From positions 20,584,001-20,648,000 of the forward strand of contig NC_092346.1 of the NCBI RefSeq assembly GCF_963676685.1: a stretch of DNA of 64,000 nucleotides, in the 5' to 3' direction. The position numbers and the translations under genes are program-made. Shown piece by piece: positions 38,257 to 50,800 of the stretch. Source of the stretch: Mytilus edulis. Taxonomy: Eukaryota. Each line of letters starts with the position of its first letter. Position 1 is the first letter of the stretch. The notes beneath the pieces were generated by a model. The model had not been told where the DNA came from. It saw only the letters and a list, made by a program, of their open reading frames with translations, and searched no databases.

Positions 38257-39790
38257 TTTGTAGTTTTAAACACACACATAAACAAATAAACACATGAATA
38301 AATAAATAAACAAATCAAAACATTTCAAAATAAATATCACAATATTCGGATATACATATCCGACCTTATAAATAGAGATATGATATAGATATGTAATTAA
38401 ATGTCAGGTACTATATACAAGTCTACACTCGATCTACTACCGTGCCAAGTTTTTTTCTTTATGGATTAAGATTTGCATTCATCTGACGTACTTCTGCAAA
38501 CAAAACCCCTTGTATGTACTCTTGTGTGAATGAACTACTTCAATATTTAGATTATTTCACTTGGACAAACATATATAATATTGGTAGGCGATAAAATTCG
38601 GCAGTGTTTTTATTCACCCCGAATTCAATCACTTTTTCAAAGTTTTGTATTAAGTTTTACAATATCGAAAAGTAGTTATAGTGGATTAACTTTTTGAGCA
38701 AACAGTCTTGTATATTACATATAATTTGATATTAATGAAAACGGATTTCTCTCTATATGCTAATGAGTCACAATGATTTTAATACTGTTATTTTTTGGCT
38801 TGTATGAGAAATATATAGCAATGCTGATGACTTTGACCTGATGGAACCCGGTTGAAGCAGCTAAGTATAATTAAAGGGTCAATGGATCTAAAAAAAAAAT
38901 GTGAAGCTTTGGAAATTTGCAGTATTGATTTGAAATCAAAACTTATAATCCTAACAATTAAGACATGCCGAATCCTTGTTTTCCGTAGTATAAACAAATA
39001 TGACAGTTTTGAAAGTAAAGTAATTCGGAATTTTGACTGCTTTATAGCTTCTCGAAGAAATCCTTGTATGTGAACTCAAATTAGTTGCTGGTAAAATTAT
39101 GCTCCGTTACTTATAGTTGTTCAAATTATTTGAAACATTATTCTGCTTTTTCAATTGCTCGTTCTATCATTTTATTTTCATTTTATTTATCATCTCAGTA
39201 ATTTGAACACCTGCAGGAATTTGTTTGTTTATTATCTTAATTTTAAAATTAACTACAGGTATATCTGCATACGGTTTCTGTATTTTTTAGAAATGTGCTA
39301 TGAATATGAAATAACCTTATTTGTGTGCGAGCAGACATTAGTAATTTGCTATGCATAAAAAGTATTTACGCATTCAGATTAGCTTCTCCACACTGAATTA
39401 CAAAGAGAATAATAATAATAAAACAAAAAACAGAATCGCGTTTAAATACACAAAGCCTAAATCCATTCCATTCAAAGTAGCTAAATAAGATTAGGACTTA
39501 TGGTCAGCTTTATCTGCAGGAGTTCGAACTTAAATGATTGAGATGTCTTATACTTATTCTTTATTATATAGATCTATGATTAAATAAGTTTTCATATGTA
39601 ATACGTATGCTTTTGTTTAGTTCTAGATAACATAACACAGCAAAAAAATAAAATCCGATCCTCGGTATGTGTACAAATACAATAAAATAGCAAACAGTTA
39701 GAGGAAAGACTAGAACGTAGTTTACCAGGTATTTTGGATTTAACGAAGAACTAGTCAAATTTATTTGAGGTCGAACGTTCCTTTTTTCTC

Positions 39791-39842
39791 CTACATATTG
39801 AGAATTATTGATTTCTCCTAATCAATAATTCTCAATATGTAG
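39791..39842. repeat. Perfect 23-bp inverted repeat with 6-nt loop
   Basis: CTACATATTGAGAATTATTGATT-tctcct-AATCAATAATTCTCAATATGTAG. Confidence 0.95.
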
Positions 39843-40272
39843 AGTTTAAAACACAGGTAGGACAAAATAAGTGAAACGTAAAGACAACGTCTAGCTGCAA
39901 AATCGTAGTGTTTCATGTTAATTTTGGTATACACTTTGATACTCGATATTTTCGCAGAAAACAATAATGTACCATTTTTGGATATTTTTTTACTGATCTT
40001 TACTGAACTTATAGAAATAGCCAGATATTAAAAGAGAAAATAAAATAAAGTAGTTAAATGAGGTATAATTTTCAAAAAAGTAATAAAAAGAAATTACCGC
40101 CTTATTGCGTAAGATTGGGTTTCACCAAAACAAAATTTCCAAACCTAATTTCTGTTAACCTGTATCTAAACATACAAGTGGAAAACCAACATATGGTCAA
40201 ATTTTGTCAGCTCTGTACATTTGATTCGATAAGACATCACAAACGGTATCTGTGTTAGGCAGTCAAGACACA

Positions 40273-43200
40273 ATGAAAATCCATGCGTTGGCATTATGTG
40301 CTATTTTGCAACTTCCTTTCTGTTCGAGCCTGTCTGTTGAAATTTTGAAGCCAAACAATACCGGACCAGAAGCTGCACTAATTATCGTTCCTGGAGCGTA
40401 TATTTCAGGATCAGCATATAAACCTTTAGGTAAGTTAACGTATAAGTTTGAATTAGGGGTGATTACTTGAACAAAACAAACCTGTAGTTCAGACTGCAAC
40501 GAGTTGTAATAGAACACAATACTGAGATTTAAAAGCCACAAAAGCATTTTTTGACTTTTGATCTTGGAAATATAGTTCTGATATTGAACTAGATTAATTA
40601 AGGTAACGTGATTTGATAAAGGAAACGTTGATATGATAAAAGTAAAAACGGTACCAAACAATTCTTACATTCCTTTTGGTATTAACCCCCCTCTTTCCCC
40701 CCAACCTTTTTCCTTTTTCAGACTAGGTAACACATAACAGTAACTTACAAACTAGAACTGAGTCAAAACACAACAGAAAACTTTCTTTATAATTCAAGTA
40801 AAATAAGTTATGACCTTTGACATGAGCAAATAAAAAAATCAGTGCCTCTATGCAAATAGAGATCTGGGGTCTAGTGCTACGCATGGTTTTGGATGATCAT
40901 GGATCATAAAGAGGTTTAAAATGAGGAATCGCTGTCCCCCTTTAAACAGTTTGAAAACACAGGCTTTACTGAGTTATCTAATTCGCAAAATTATAATGGC
41001 AAGGTTTGAAATATTTGCCATAAATTGAGAAATGCATTTTCTTTACTGATATATATTCAAGTAGTATATTCTGGTGAGGGATTGAAAATACCTCTTCGGT
41101 ACTATATTATCGAAGCACGTCAAGTTGTTGTTTTGATAAAGTGCTTCATTGATATATTTATATGAATAAGAACTTTTATACATTTGTTCAGGCGGAAGAA
41201 TCATGGAGGATGCCGTTTTAAGCATTTAAGCAAGTTTCCACCAAATAATTTATTGGGCAACGGGCGACAAATGATATAACTTGATTCACTGTTAACATAA
41301 ATACGTTTTCTCAATACTTTAAAACTATCGATTTTATGATTGTCTTTTTTTTTATTTCTTCAGTAAAATCAGATTTTTGAATAACAGTGATTTTCCCCGC
41401 AATTTTAACTTTAATTCTAAGTGAAAACGAGAACTAAAGTTTCAAACCACTTGTACTTATAATAACTCTATGTTATAATTTACTTTCTCCTTTGCGTGCG
41501 ATACATTTATAACTTACTGCTTAGCTATAACTTACATTTTTTTCCACAGCCGAAGTTATTCAGAAGAATAGTAATCTGAAATTATGGGTTGCCTTACTAG
41601 ACGGATTTTTTAATAAACTTGCTAACCCACTCCAACTTCCTATAGTATTTAAAAAAGCTGTTAATGAGTTACAAAAGGCAGGTTATAAAGGGAAGAAAGT
41701 GTTCTTGGCTGGACATAGTCTTGGAGGTATGTACATTATAATATAACACTGTATTTAAAATTATTGATAGCTAAATAAATATTTGATTGGTTTAGAGTAG
41801 TACCCAACGTGACATTGAACATCAGATCCTGACTCTAAACATCTATCTTGCACGACGTAAAGCGAGGTGAATTAAGATATTTTTAGCGTTTAAACGCCTT
41901 CACACAGCGAACTCATTGTCAATAGTATGAGTTTTAAAAGCTTATTCATGATATAAATATTTAGATATTGATAATACCTACTGTATATGTGAAATGAAGA
42001 GTTCGAACCAGGTACGAGGCAGATTTGTGCGTTTTACGTCTTACTTGACTAGGATATTACTTGACTAGGATAGCGACTTTTTCTGCTGAAGGGTGTTTGT
42101 TCTCTACGGGTACAACGGGTTCCTCCACAAGTAAAATCTGACATATTTTGCATAACGTGGCGCTAAAACATCAACAGATAAATCAAACATGTATATTATA
42201 AAATTAAGGCATAGGAAAAAATTGCATGTTCTGAGAAGATTAGTTAAACGTTGAATTGTAGTGCTAAAAAAATCTATCAGACCGAACTTAAAATAGCCAT
42301 ATCCTCTTTTTTATGTTGAATTATCACCAACTATATGTGAAGTTTAATTATAGGTGAAGTTGTAGCCCTTTATGGACAAAAAGCGAACCATATTTTAGAT
42401 GGAGTGTTGTTATTCGCATCTTACATTACCAAGAACAACAAACTAAAAGAGTATCCATTCCCAGTTCTGACCATAAGCGGAGACCTAGATGGATTAACTA
42501 GAATAACAAGGATCGTAGATACATTCGAGTGAGATTAATAGACGCTGTTTGTTTTTTTACTTTCATATACTGTTTAATTAATGTGTAAGTTTTAAATGTC
42601 CCTCTGGTATCTTTCGCCCCTGTTTATAACAGCAAATATAAGCCATGCAATAATAGCCATATAAATGGAAAAAAAGTTAAAATAAAAAAAATAGAAATAA
42701 CATTGTTAATACATTTTAAAAAAAAATTGCTATACATTTTTATGAAAACGACTTACTAGTGATAAGAATCCTGTATGGAACCATGTATAACGTTAACAAG
42801 AAAGAACGTACTTGTTCAGTAAGATCCATTAAACACATTTTATAGCAAAGCGTATCAGTTGTGAAATAAACACGGCAAAAAAATGCGCCATACGGCTGAC
42901 ATTTCAGTAAAAAAAACTATAAAAATAATTGTCATTGAAAATCTGAGATTGTCCATTTAGCGTATTTTTCATGTCATCTTGACTATATTTTCCAATAATG
43001 CAAGGTTTGAAAAGGGCAATATTTTATTTTTTATTTTCAGGGAACTCCAAGAAGACGTAAAAAGCGATCCAGAGCAAATATACAGGACACCTGTAGTGGT
43101 AATGGAGAGCATAAATCATGGACAATTCGCTTCGGGTCCGTTACCCAAACCTGTAACTGACCACGATCTAAATCCAGAGGTATCTCAATCTGTAGCATAT

Positions 43201-45897
43201 AATACCATAGCTAATTACTCGAACGCTTTCATGGTAGTCATCAGAAATGAAACAGATACCAATGTAACGAAAGCCAAAAACAACTTAGAAGACGGTCATA
43301 CTAAAACTGCTACAATGATGCAGGTGAATATAATTTTATTTTTTTGTTTAACTGTTGTTGATCTTGGTTTCCTTTTTCCTAAGCGAATGTTTTTATGTTT
43401 TTTTCGACTAAAGATGGTTATACTTTGTACTTGTGTCTGATAAGGATCTTGCTTTCACATTTTTTGTTGGAATTAAAATTATAGGTTTAGTTCGAATCAA
43501 ATTATTCTTTTTAATATTCACGTTTATACTTCAATCAAATTATTCTGTAAAAATTAATGTTTTAATCTGTTAATACATTTAATTGTATTTTGAACATGCC
43601 ACCGCTTTAGAAGCGCATTAATTATGTTGGTATCATTTTAGCCTCTCTCGAAAGTGAAAGCTCTTGATCAAAATCCGGATTTTACCTCACACTGGACTAA
43701 CACTGCTCAAGAACTCGTTGTCAGTCTGAAAAATATAACAGATGTTGAGGTAATAATTTTTTTTCAGTAGAACTGTTAAAGTAGAAATCAATCACTTTAT
43801 TGTTAGCAGAAGATAAGCCATTTGTCATGATCTAAGTGGATTGTATCCTACAAAAGTATTTGATGTGTACGTAAAATGCATGAACAAAAATACCGACCTC
43901 CAATAATTCAACGAAGGGGGAGTCCATATAAGCTGACGAAATCTCCACTGTATCAATTAAGGGCACGAATGAAAATCGATTGTCTTATTCCTCGCCTGGT
44001 ACAGACAGTAGTTTATAGTTATATTGACAAAATTGGGTGAGCTATCAGAACCTACAGATTTGTCAAACGTGGCAGTTAGTGGGATCTGGGAGCACAAACT
44101 GTGTAAGCATATCACAGAGACTTAAAACATACAAAGACAATCTGACATAACCGTCATAAATGAATAAATGAATAAATGAATGGTTGAGCAAGTAGGTTTC
44201 CATAATAAATTCTGAATAGGACAACGTCAGACGAATAATAATTATGCATACACGCAGAACGTTATAAATAGTTATCAAAGGTACCAGGCTTAAAATTTAA
44301 TACACCAGACGCGCGTTTCGTCTACATAAGACTCACCAATGTCACTATCAAAATAGTTATACATCCAAACAAGTACAAAGTTGAACAGCATTGAGGACCC
44401 ACAATTCCAAAAAGTTGTGCCAAATACAGCTTAGGTAATATATGCCTGGGATAAGAAAACCTTATTTATTTTGAAAAATTCATACCTTTGTAAACAGGAA
44501 ATTTATAAAAATGACCATATAATTGATATTCATGTCAACACCATCTTGGCTTTCAAATATTCGGCTTTGAGCAATCCTGGTAAAGATCAACCCAAAAAAG
44601 TGCTTCAGAAGCATAAAATTTATAACGTGTTGTGTTTTTTTTTTCTTCATTAAAAGACTTTTTTCACTATGATTTATATGTTATACACTTATACACTTTT
44701 ATCAAAACTACAAACGTGAAAAGCGTTTTTGTTCAAATTGAATTAACCTCTAATTTATTAGTTTATCAACTACGAAGACGAATCACTGGACATTTTACCA
44801 AAGGAATTACCTGTCTTACTTCCGTCAGATAATGTAAAAATTGAAAGTTTAACAACTTTATGGATGCAACCAAATCCTCTAGATTCAACTACATCTCCTC
44901 TGAGTCCATTACAACTCAAAGCAACAATGAAAAGTCAAGAGGCTGTCAAAACGATTTTACCCTCCAGCCAATTCGGAATATCGGCATCCTGTAAAGAAGT
45001 CAACCAGGTATTGTCAGACCTATTTTTTCCCAACGAAATTATGTTATTATCAAATATGAACGGTATCTTTATTAACTATGCAAATGATTCTTAGAATAAA
45101 TGTTTGGTAATTAAAAGGAAAGGACAAATTGAAAACAACGGATTTGGTAAAATATCTGTTTGGAAACTGCAATTTGTAATTAAACTATCGCCGAACACAA
45201 AGTTCAGACAACAGAAATAATAGAAATAATTTATGACTGACAGCTAAATCGTCGGCAATACACAGGAAAAGGTACATCATGAACTTGAAAGAGTATTCTG
45301 CTCCGCGTTAGTCACCCGTCTTATTGTTCCGTGATCAAATTCAGGAACCTTTATTAAAGCGGGAATGTTTAAATCGACAGGTAAGGCAATTCTGTTTGTT
45401 TTTGGTATGGCCTCTTTTAATTGAGTTCTCTGCTTTAAATATTTTTCAAGCAAGGTTGTTATTTTTAATGATCCATCTGTAAAAAAACAGATTCAAGGAT
45501 AGTATTTAAAACATTGTATATATGAATGTAACATAGATTGTGACGTATACTTTATTAAAGACCCAATATGTTTTAGAATGCTTATGAACTAGCCTTTGCC
45601 AAATCGTCACCGATCGCAAAGGAAAGGTACACATCAAGAGGAAGACAAATAGTATTCAATGAGGACGTCAGTGTTTCATCACAATTTCAATGGATTAAGT
45701 CACAATTAGATCTCAACTATAATCAAACAGGTCTCTTTGTAACAGCTACCAGATTCCATACTGATATGAGTCAGCCAACGAAAAGCTATTCTGGACAAAG
45801 TGATTGTACTTTGATATCGCCATTCAGAGCAATGGAATGGATTTATATCGATTCTCTAAAATATACCAAGTCACAAATAGAATCTAATACTACATAA
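40273..45897 (+). CDS. Secreted alpha/beta-hydrolase-fold protein (Abhydrolase_5-like), 488 aa, 7 exons, intact catalytic triad
   Basis: Exons 40273-40429, 41550-41726, 42354-42528, 43041-43323, 43642-43749, 44762-45007, 45577-45897; all GT-AG, 1467 nt open. Signal peptide MKIHALALCAILQLPFCSS, oxyanion loop IVPGAYI, nucleophile GHSLGG, acid GDLDG, histidine NHGQF. AATAAA at 45961. Confidence 0.9.
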
Positions 45898-47154
45898 TTT
45901 GAGATTTAAGTCCATGTGTATATCAACTAAAAGTTTTAAAATGCAGGAAATGATTATAAAAATAAAGAGGTTTTATATAATAAAAATCACTGTATTATTT
46001 ATGTGGATATTGAAAACTCAACGATTCTACCAGAAACTTCAAATAGAGACGAAATTTTAAAACTCTCTTGAAAGTGATTAAAGAAAGCACAACATTCCAT
46101 AAACAGATATTTAAAAAAAATGGGACACAAGATGAAACATTTTAAATTAGATTTTATCATTTGTAATGGAAGGTCATCATCGAAATTCATCATGAGAAGG
46201 AAACCCATTCAAACTGAACTCTGAATTGTACCGATCTTGTAATTTTACTAACAAGTGTATACCCAATTCAAAAACTATTACAGCTCCGCATTTTATAGGA
46301 TTGACAATTTAAACCATCACTATATAGTTGCAATTAAAAATTGACTAATACTTTCAATGTTTGAGTTCCCCAGCATAATTTTCGGTCGGTGGTATTTTTA
46401 AAATCCAACACAGCAACTCAATGTATTTGGTCGAACACAAACAACTTGCGTGTATTATTTTAACATTTTAATAGATCCCATTTAAATAATAATGTTCTTC
46501 TGACATTATTTCTAGGTTTGGACGTATTGGTCGCTTTGAATTGTGCTACCTATATAATTGAAATCGTATTGGGGTGGATGAATTTATAGCAGGAGATGCT
46601 GACCATGTCATTTTAGTATCGTTCCTTCGGTTCGAGTTTATGTTACTTGTCCGGACTTTTGTTTCAAGTAACGTTCATTACGCCACAAACTTAGTAATGA
46701 TCTACTGATGATCTCTGGTGCTATATTGCTTAAAACGATCCCCATTTTATTACCAACGCACAATCCATCAGAGATCAACATATCTAATAAAAAGCACTAC
46801 ACATTATCTTTTAAATTTCTTGAACCTTGGACAACCAGTTGGAAAATTCACTGCAATAAGACTTAATAAATACTATTCGGTGGTTCTCTCCTGCCAATAT
46901 GGCTTCCTAGAATATAGTTGCTATAAATATATTAAATGGTGAAATTGAGACAGGATACAAACCATTATTGCAACTAAAATGAACAGGTGATGTAGTTATT
47001 TTGCTCTTGTTATTCTTATTCTGTTCTAAAAACCATGATTACAATGCCTTGGTTTTAAATTCTGAGCTTGATCATCACTGAAGAAGCAGCATTACTTATT
47101 TAGATACAGACCTGGTGCTGTACATTTGTTTTATCTTTTTAGTTTAAACATATT

Positions 47155-47435
47155 TATTTAAAGTGAATTGGGAAAGTTATCGTCACTCATATTAATCCCT
47201 TTCCACTTTCCGGGTGCGAGTACTACCTTGTAGCGACATTAGCCTCCTCTTTTTCGAAATCTACAAGAGTGTCTTTTACGTGCAAGACATATGACTCTCT
47301 CTTAACGGGTCAGCGATTTATTGTCGTCCTCTCCCGACGCACTAACATCAAGAACATACTCGCAAATGGTGTCAAGAAACCAGGAACCTTAGTGTTAGTA
47401 GTCCTATGCACTAACCACTACACTACGGCTCTCCT
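47155..47435 (-). mobile_element. tRNA-derived SINE, degenerate
   Basis: Minus-strand head AGCCGTAGTGTAGTGGTTAGTGCATAGGACTACTAACACTAAGGTTCCTGGTT has an A box and a decayed B box, followed by a non-tRNA body. Confidence 0.6.
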
Positions 47436-47835
47436 TACATTTCATGCAACGCTTAGGTGTATCCATTTGTACACATACAAACCAAATATTTAACAAGTCA
47501 CTTATTTTTTTTTCGAATATATAAGTCTAGTACACAAGACACGCGGTTCACTCACTAGGGGTGCTCGAATAGTGATATCGGATGTCGGTCGTATTGTTTT
47601 TTTTCAGATACTTCATCAAAACAAAAAATAAAAAAAACAGTAAGAGATAGAAATTCCCAAGGTCAAGTCTATAGTCCAATCTGCTGATAATATCAATGAC
47701 GCTCCTCGGTATGGTGTACAAGTCATCACATGAGGACGATATGCTATGATATACATAGATATGATATATCCTATTATAAAGATAATCACCTGATAAACAA
47801 AGATATACGTATTTGTATATACATCTTTGGACAAA

Positions 47836-50800
47836 ATGGATACAATATTTAAAATAGTTTTGTTTTCTTTGTGCATTCAATCATGTTTGAGTATAAAAGT
47901 GACTGTTATGGCTCCAAACAAAACTGGATTGGAAGCTGCAATAGTGATAGTTCCGGATTCGTCTATATCAGGAGCTGCGTATAAGCCTCTAGGTAAGAGG
48001 ACTACACAATCTAAGAATGTAATGGTTTTTCAATAATTTAAATTAACTTATGGGAATAGGGTTATATACCTTTTAACTGAATTTTGGAAAAAACATATTG
48101 AATAATATTAGAAAGATTTACTAAATACTGCATTATTTTACGTATAAAGTCGAATTACCCGTATTATACTGGTATCAAAAATGGAATTGCAAATCGAAAA
48201 GAAAGGCAACTGAAAAATTGAAATGAATTTTATCGAAAGATAAATTTAATTAAAATCGCACATCTTCGTGAATACGTTTGACCGAGGCAAAAAAATAATT
48301 AATGTATAAGAAATACAGGTCACTAAACAATGAATTCGTAAACACATTGTGCACGTATATTAACTGAGTAGCAAAATCTTGGAGTTATGGCCAGTTGCTT
48401 CAGTATGTGTGTTCAATCATAGGTTAAATATGAAAGAGTTATCAAAAGTCAACAAGAATGTTAATATAAAATTCTACAAAAAATACTTAAATATTTTTTT
48501 TTAATTACCACGTTAACTTTGAATGACTTTTTACACAAAATTTAATTTTTATCTGTTTTTGTAAAATTTTACATCGTGGGTGACATCTTTATTAAATGAA
48601 CTACCTTGTGTCTGACAACTCGTATTTCTGTACTCCCGAAAGAGTACAATGACAATAGGCGAGGAGCGGCTTACAAAAATCTGGTTTATCCCAACTCATA
48701 ACATGAATGTACAAGTCATGATATCTATACCGTGTTGTACAATTCATGATATCTATACCGTGTTTTACACGTCATGGTATCTATACCGTGTTGTACACGT
48801 CATGATATCTACACCGTGTTGTACACGACATGATATCTATACCGTGTTGTACATGTCATGATATCTATACCGTGTTGTACAAGTCATGATACCAATACCA
48901 GGCCTGGGGCCATTACATTGCAATGTAATGCATTACATTACAATTACTTTGTGATTCTTCCATTACAATTACTTTGTGATTCTTCCATTACAATTACAAT
49001 TACATTTTTTCTCACATGTAATGCATTACATTACAATTACTTTGCCTGTGTAATGCATTACATTACACATTACTTTTTCAATATAAAAACTAAAAACATT
49101 TCAAAAAACAGATTTTTATAAGAATTGATAAATTTGATGTAATTTGGTCGAATGATTTTAAATAAGTCAGAATATTGTCAGTATTTCAAAATAATGAGTA
49201 AAATTTGAAAATGTGCAAATTCAGTGGAAATTTTTCTAAACGGTCTATTGAATTTGATTGATTGATAGATGTTTAATGCCACTTTTAACACATTGTGCTA
49301 TTTCGTGGCGGTCAGTTTCAATTGGTTGAAGGAAGTCGGACTTCTCTTCGTGTGGAAAACTAAAAATCCTAGTCAATTAAGAACTAATTTGAATATTATT
49401 ACATTATCTCACTGGTTAAACTGTAAGGCACAACAAAATGTATACAAATCAATAAACAATGCATGGATGAGAGAATCATATATATTTATATATTATATAA
49501 TTCAATGTTGTGATGTCATTTTATAAAGTGTATAGCATAAATAGAATACAAACAAAGCTGGATGGAATATACAAGCATAGTTATTAAGAAACAGTATAGA
49601 TAAATGCATTCATGTTGGTTTATCTTTTTTAAATATAATATATAATATCTTATTAGTATAAAATCTAAACAATAAATTGGATTGTTAATGAATAACACAA
49701 ATACAATAAACACTACAAACATGTCACATGGATAACACAATCCATGTTTTCTTCTCCTATTTATCATCAGATTTTCATTTAAATAATTATATTTAGACAC
49801 CGACAAAAAAAACCTGTTTTTTTATATTTATTCATACTAGAAAAAGGAAGGCGAAAAGCCGGTTGCAAATTGACAACGCCATTGCAAAAAAAAAAGAAGA
49901 AAAAAATACGATCTAGAGGCAAATAACAGTATACAAAATATAGCATAGAAAATTTAGCACCGAAAAAAAATCACACCGGAAGGTTAAGGTGGTACCTAAC
50001 ACTACATGGAGATAACTCTGTAAAGTCAGCTAAACGTTTTAATTACGTTGTGTTGTAAAAGGAATATTAATTGTTATCAAAGGTACCAGGATTATAATTT
50101 AGTACGCCAGACGCGCGTTTCGTCTACATAAGACTCATCAGTGACGCTCATATCAAAATATTTATAAAGCCAAACAAGTACAAAGTTGAAGAGCATTGAG
50201 GATCCAAAATTCCAAAAAGTTGTGCCAAATACGGCTAAGGTAATCAACTTCTCAATGATCAAAATTGGTGTTTGTCAAATTGCTATATGACCAGTGTAAT
50301 GTTTCTGGCAAAACGGTTGGTTAAAATTTTTTAAAATTTTTATATTTTTGTTAACGTGTCAAAGTAAATACTTTGACAAACTTTTGTGAAAAATAAACGA
50401 GCCAAATTAATTTTAGTGAAAGTGTTGGGTACCACCTGAAGCAAATTATGTTTCACATGAGGTACCGGTCGTGTTGCTCATGCAGGTACACACTCGGTGA
50501 TAAATGTTATTCGATGACGTCTCTTTCGAGGAAAAAGGACGGAATTGCACTTCAAAAAAATTAACTTATCCGTCGTCATTTTCGAAACAGATATTACATA
50601 ACAGTTGATCAAAGTATGGCGTCCGTAAAATTTACGATGACATGACTTCAACCTCACCTCCTTTAGTAAATAGCTTCATTGTAAGCAGCAATTGTTTATA
50701 ATGGAAATCATGATAGGAATGCAAGCTGTGGAATATAGTATCAACTCGGATATATATTATCTAAATGCAGACGCTGCTTAAATGTTATTAAATAGAAATG

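Noticed and set aside
47375-47435. tRNA gene on the minus strand
   Set aside because: An A box is present, but the T arm/B box and acceptor stem are decayed and the sequence continues into a SINE body.
47640-47800. GATA and nuclear-receptor-like motifs upstream of hydrolase gene 2 as a digestive-gland promoter
   Set aside because: Such short motifs are expected by chance in AT-rich DNA and cannot be supported without expression data.
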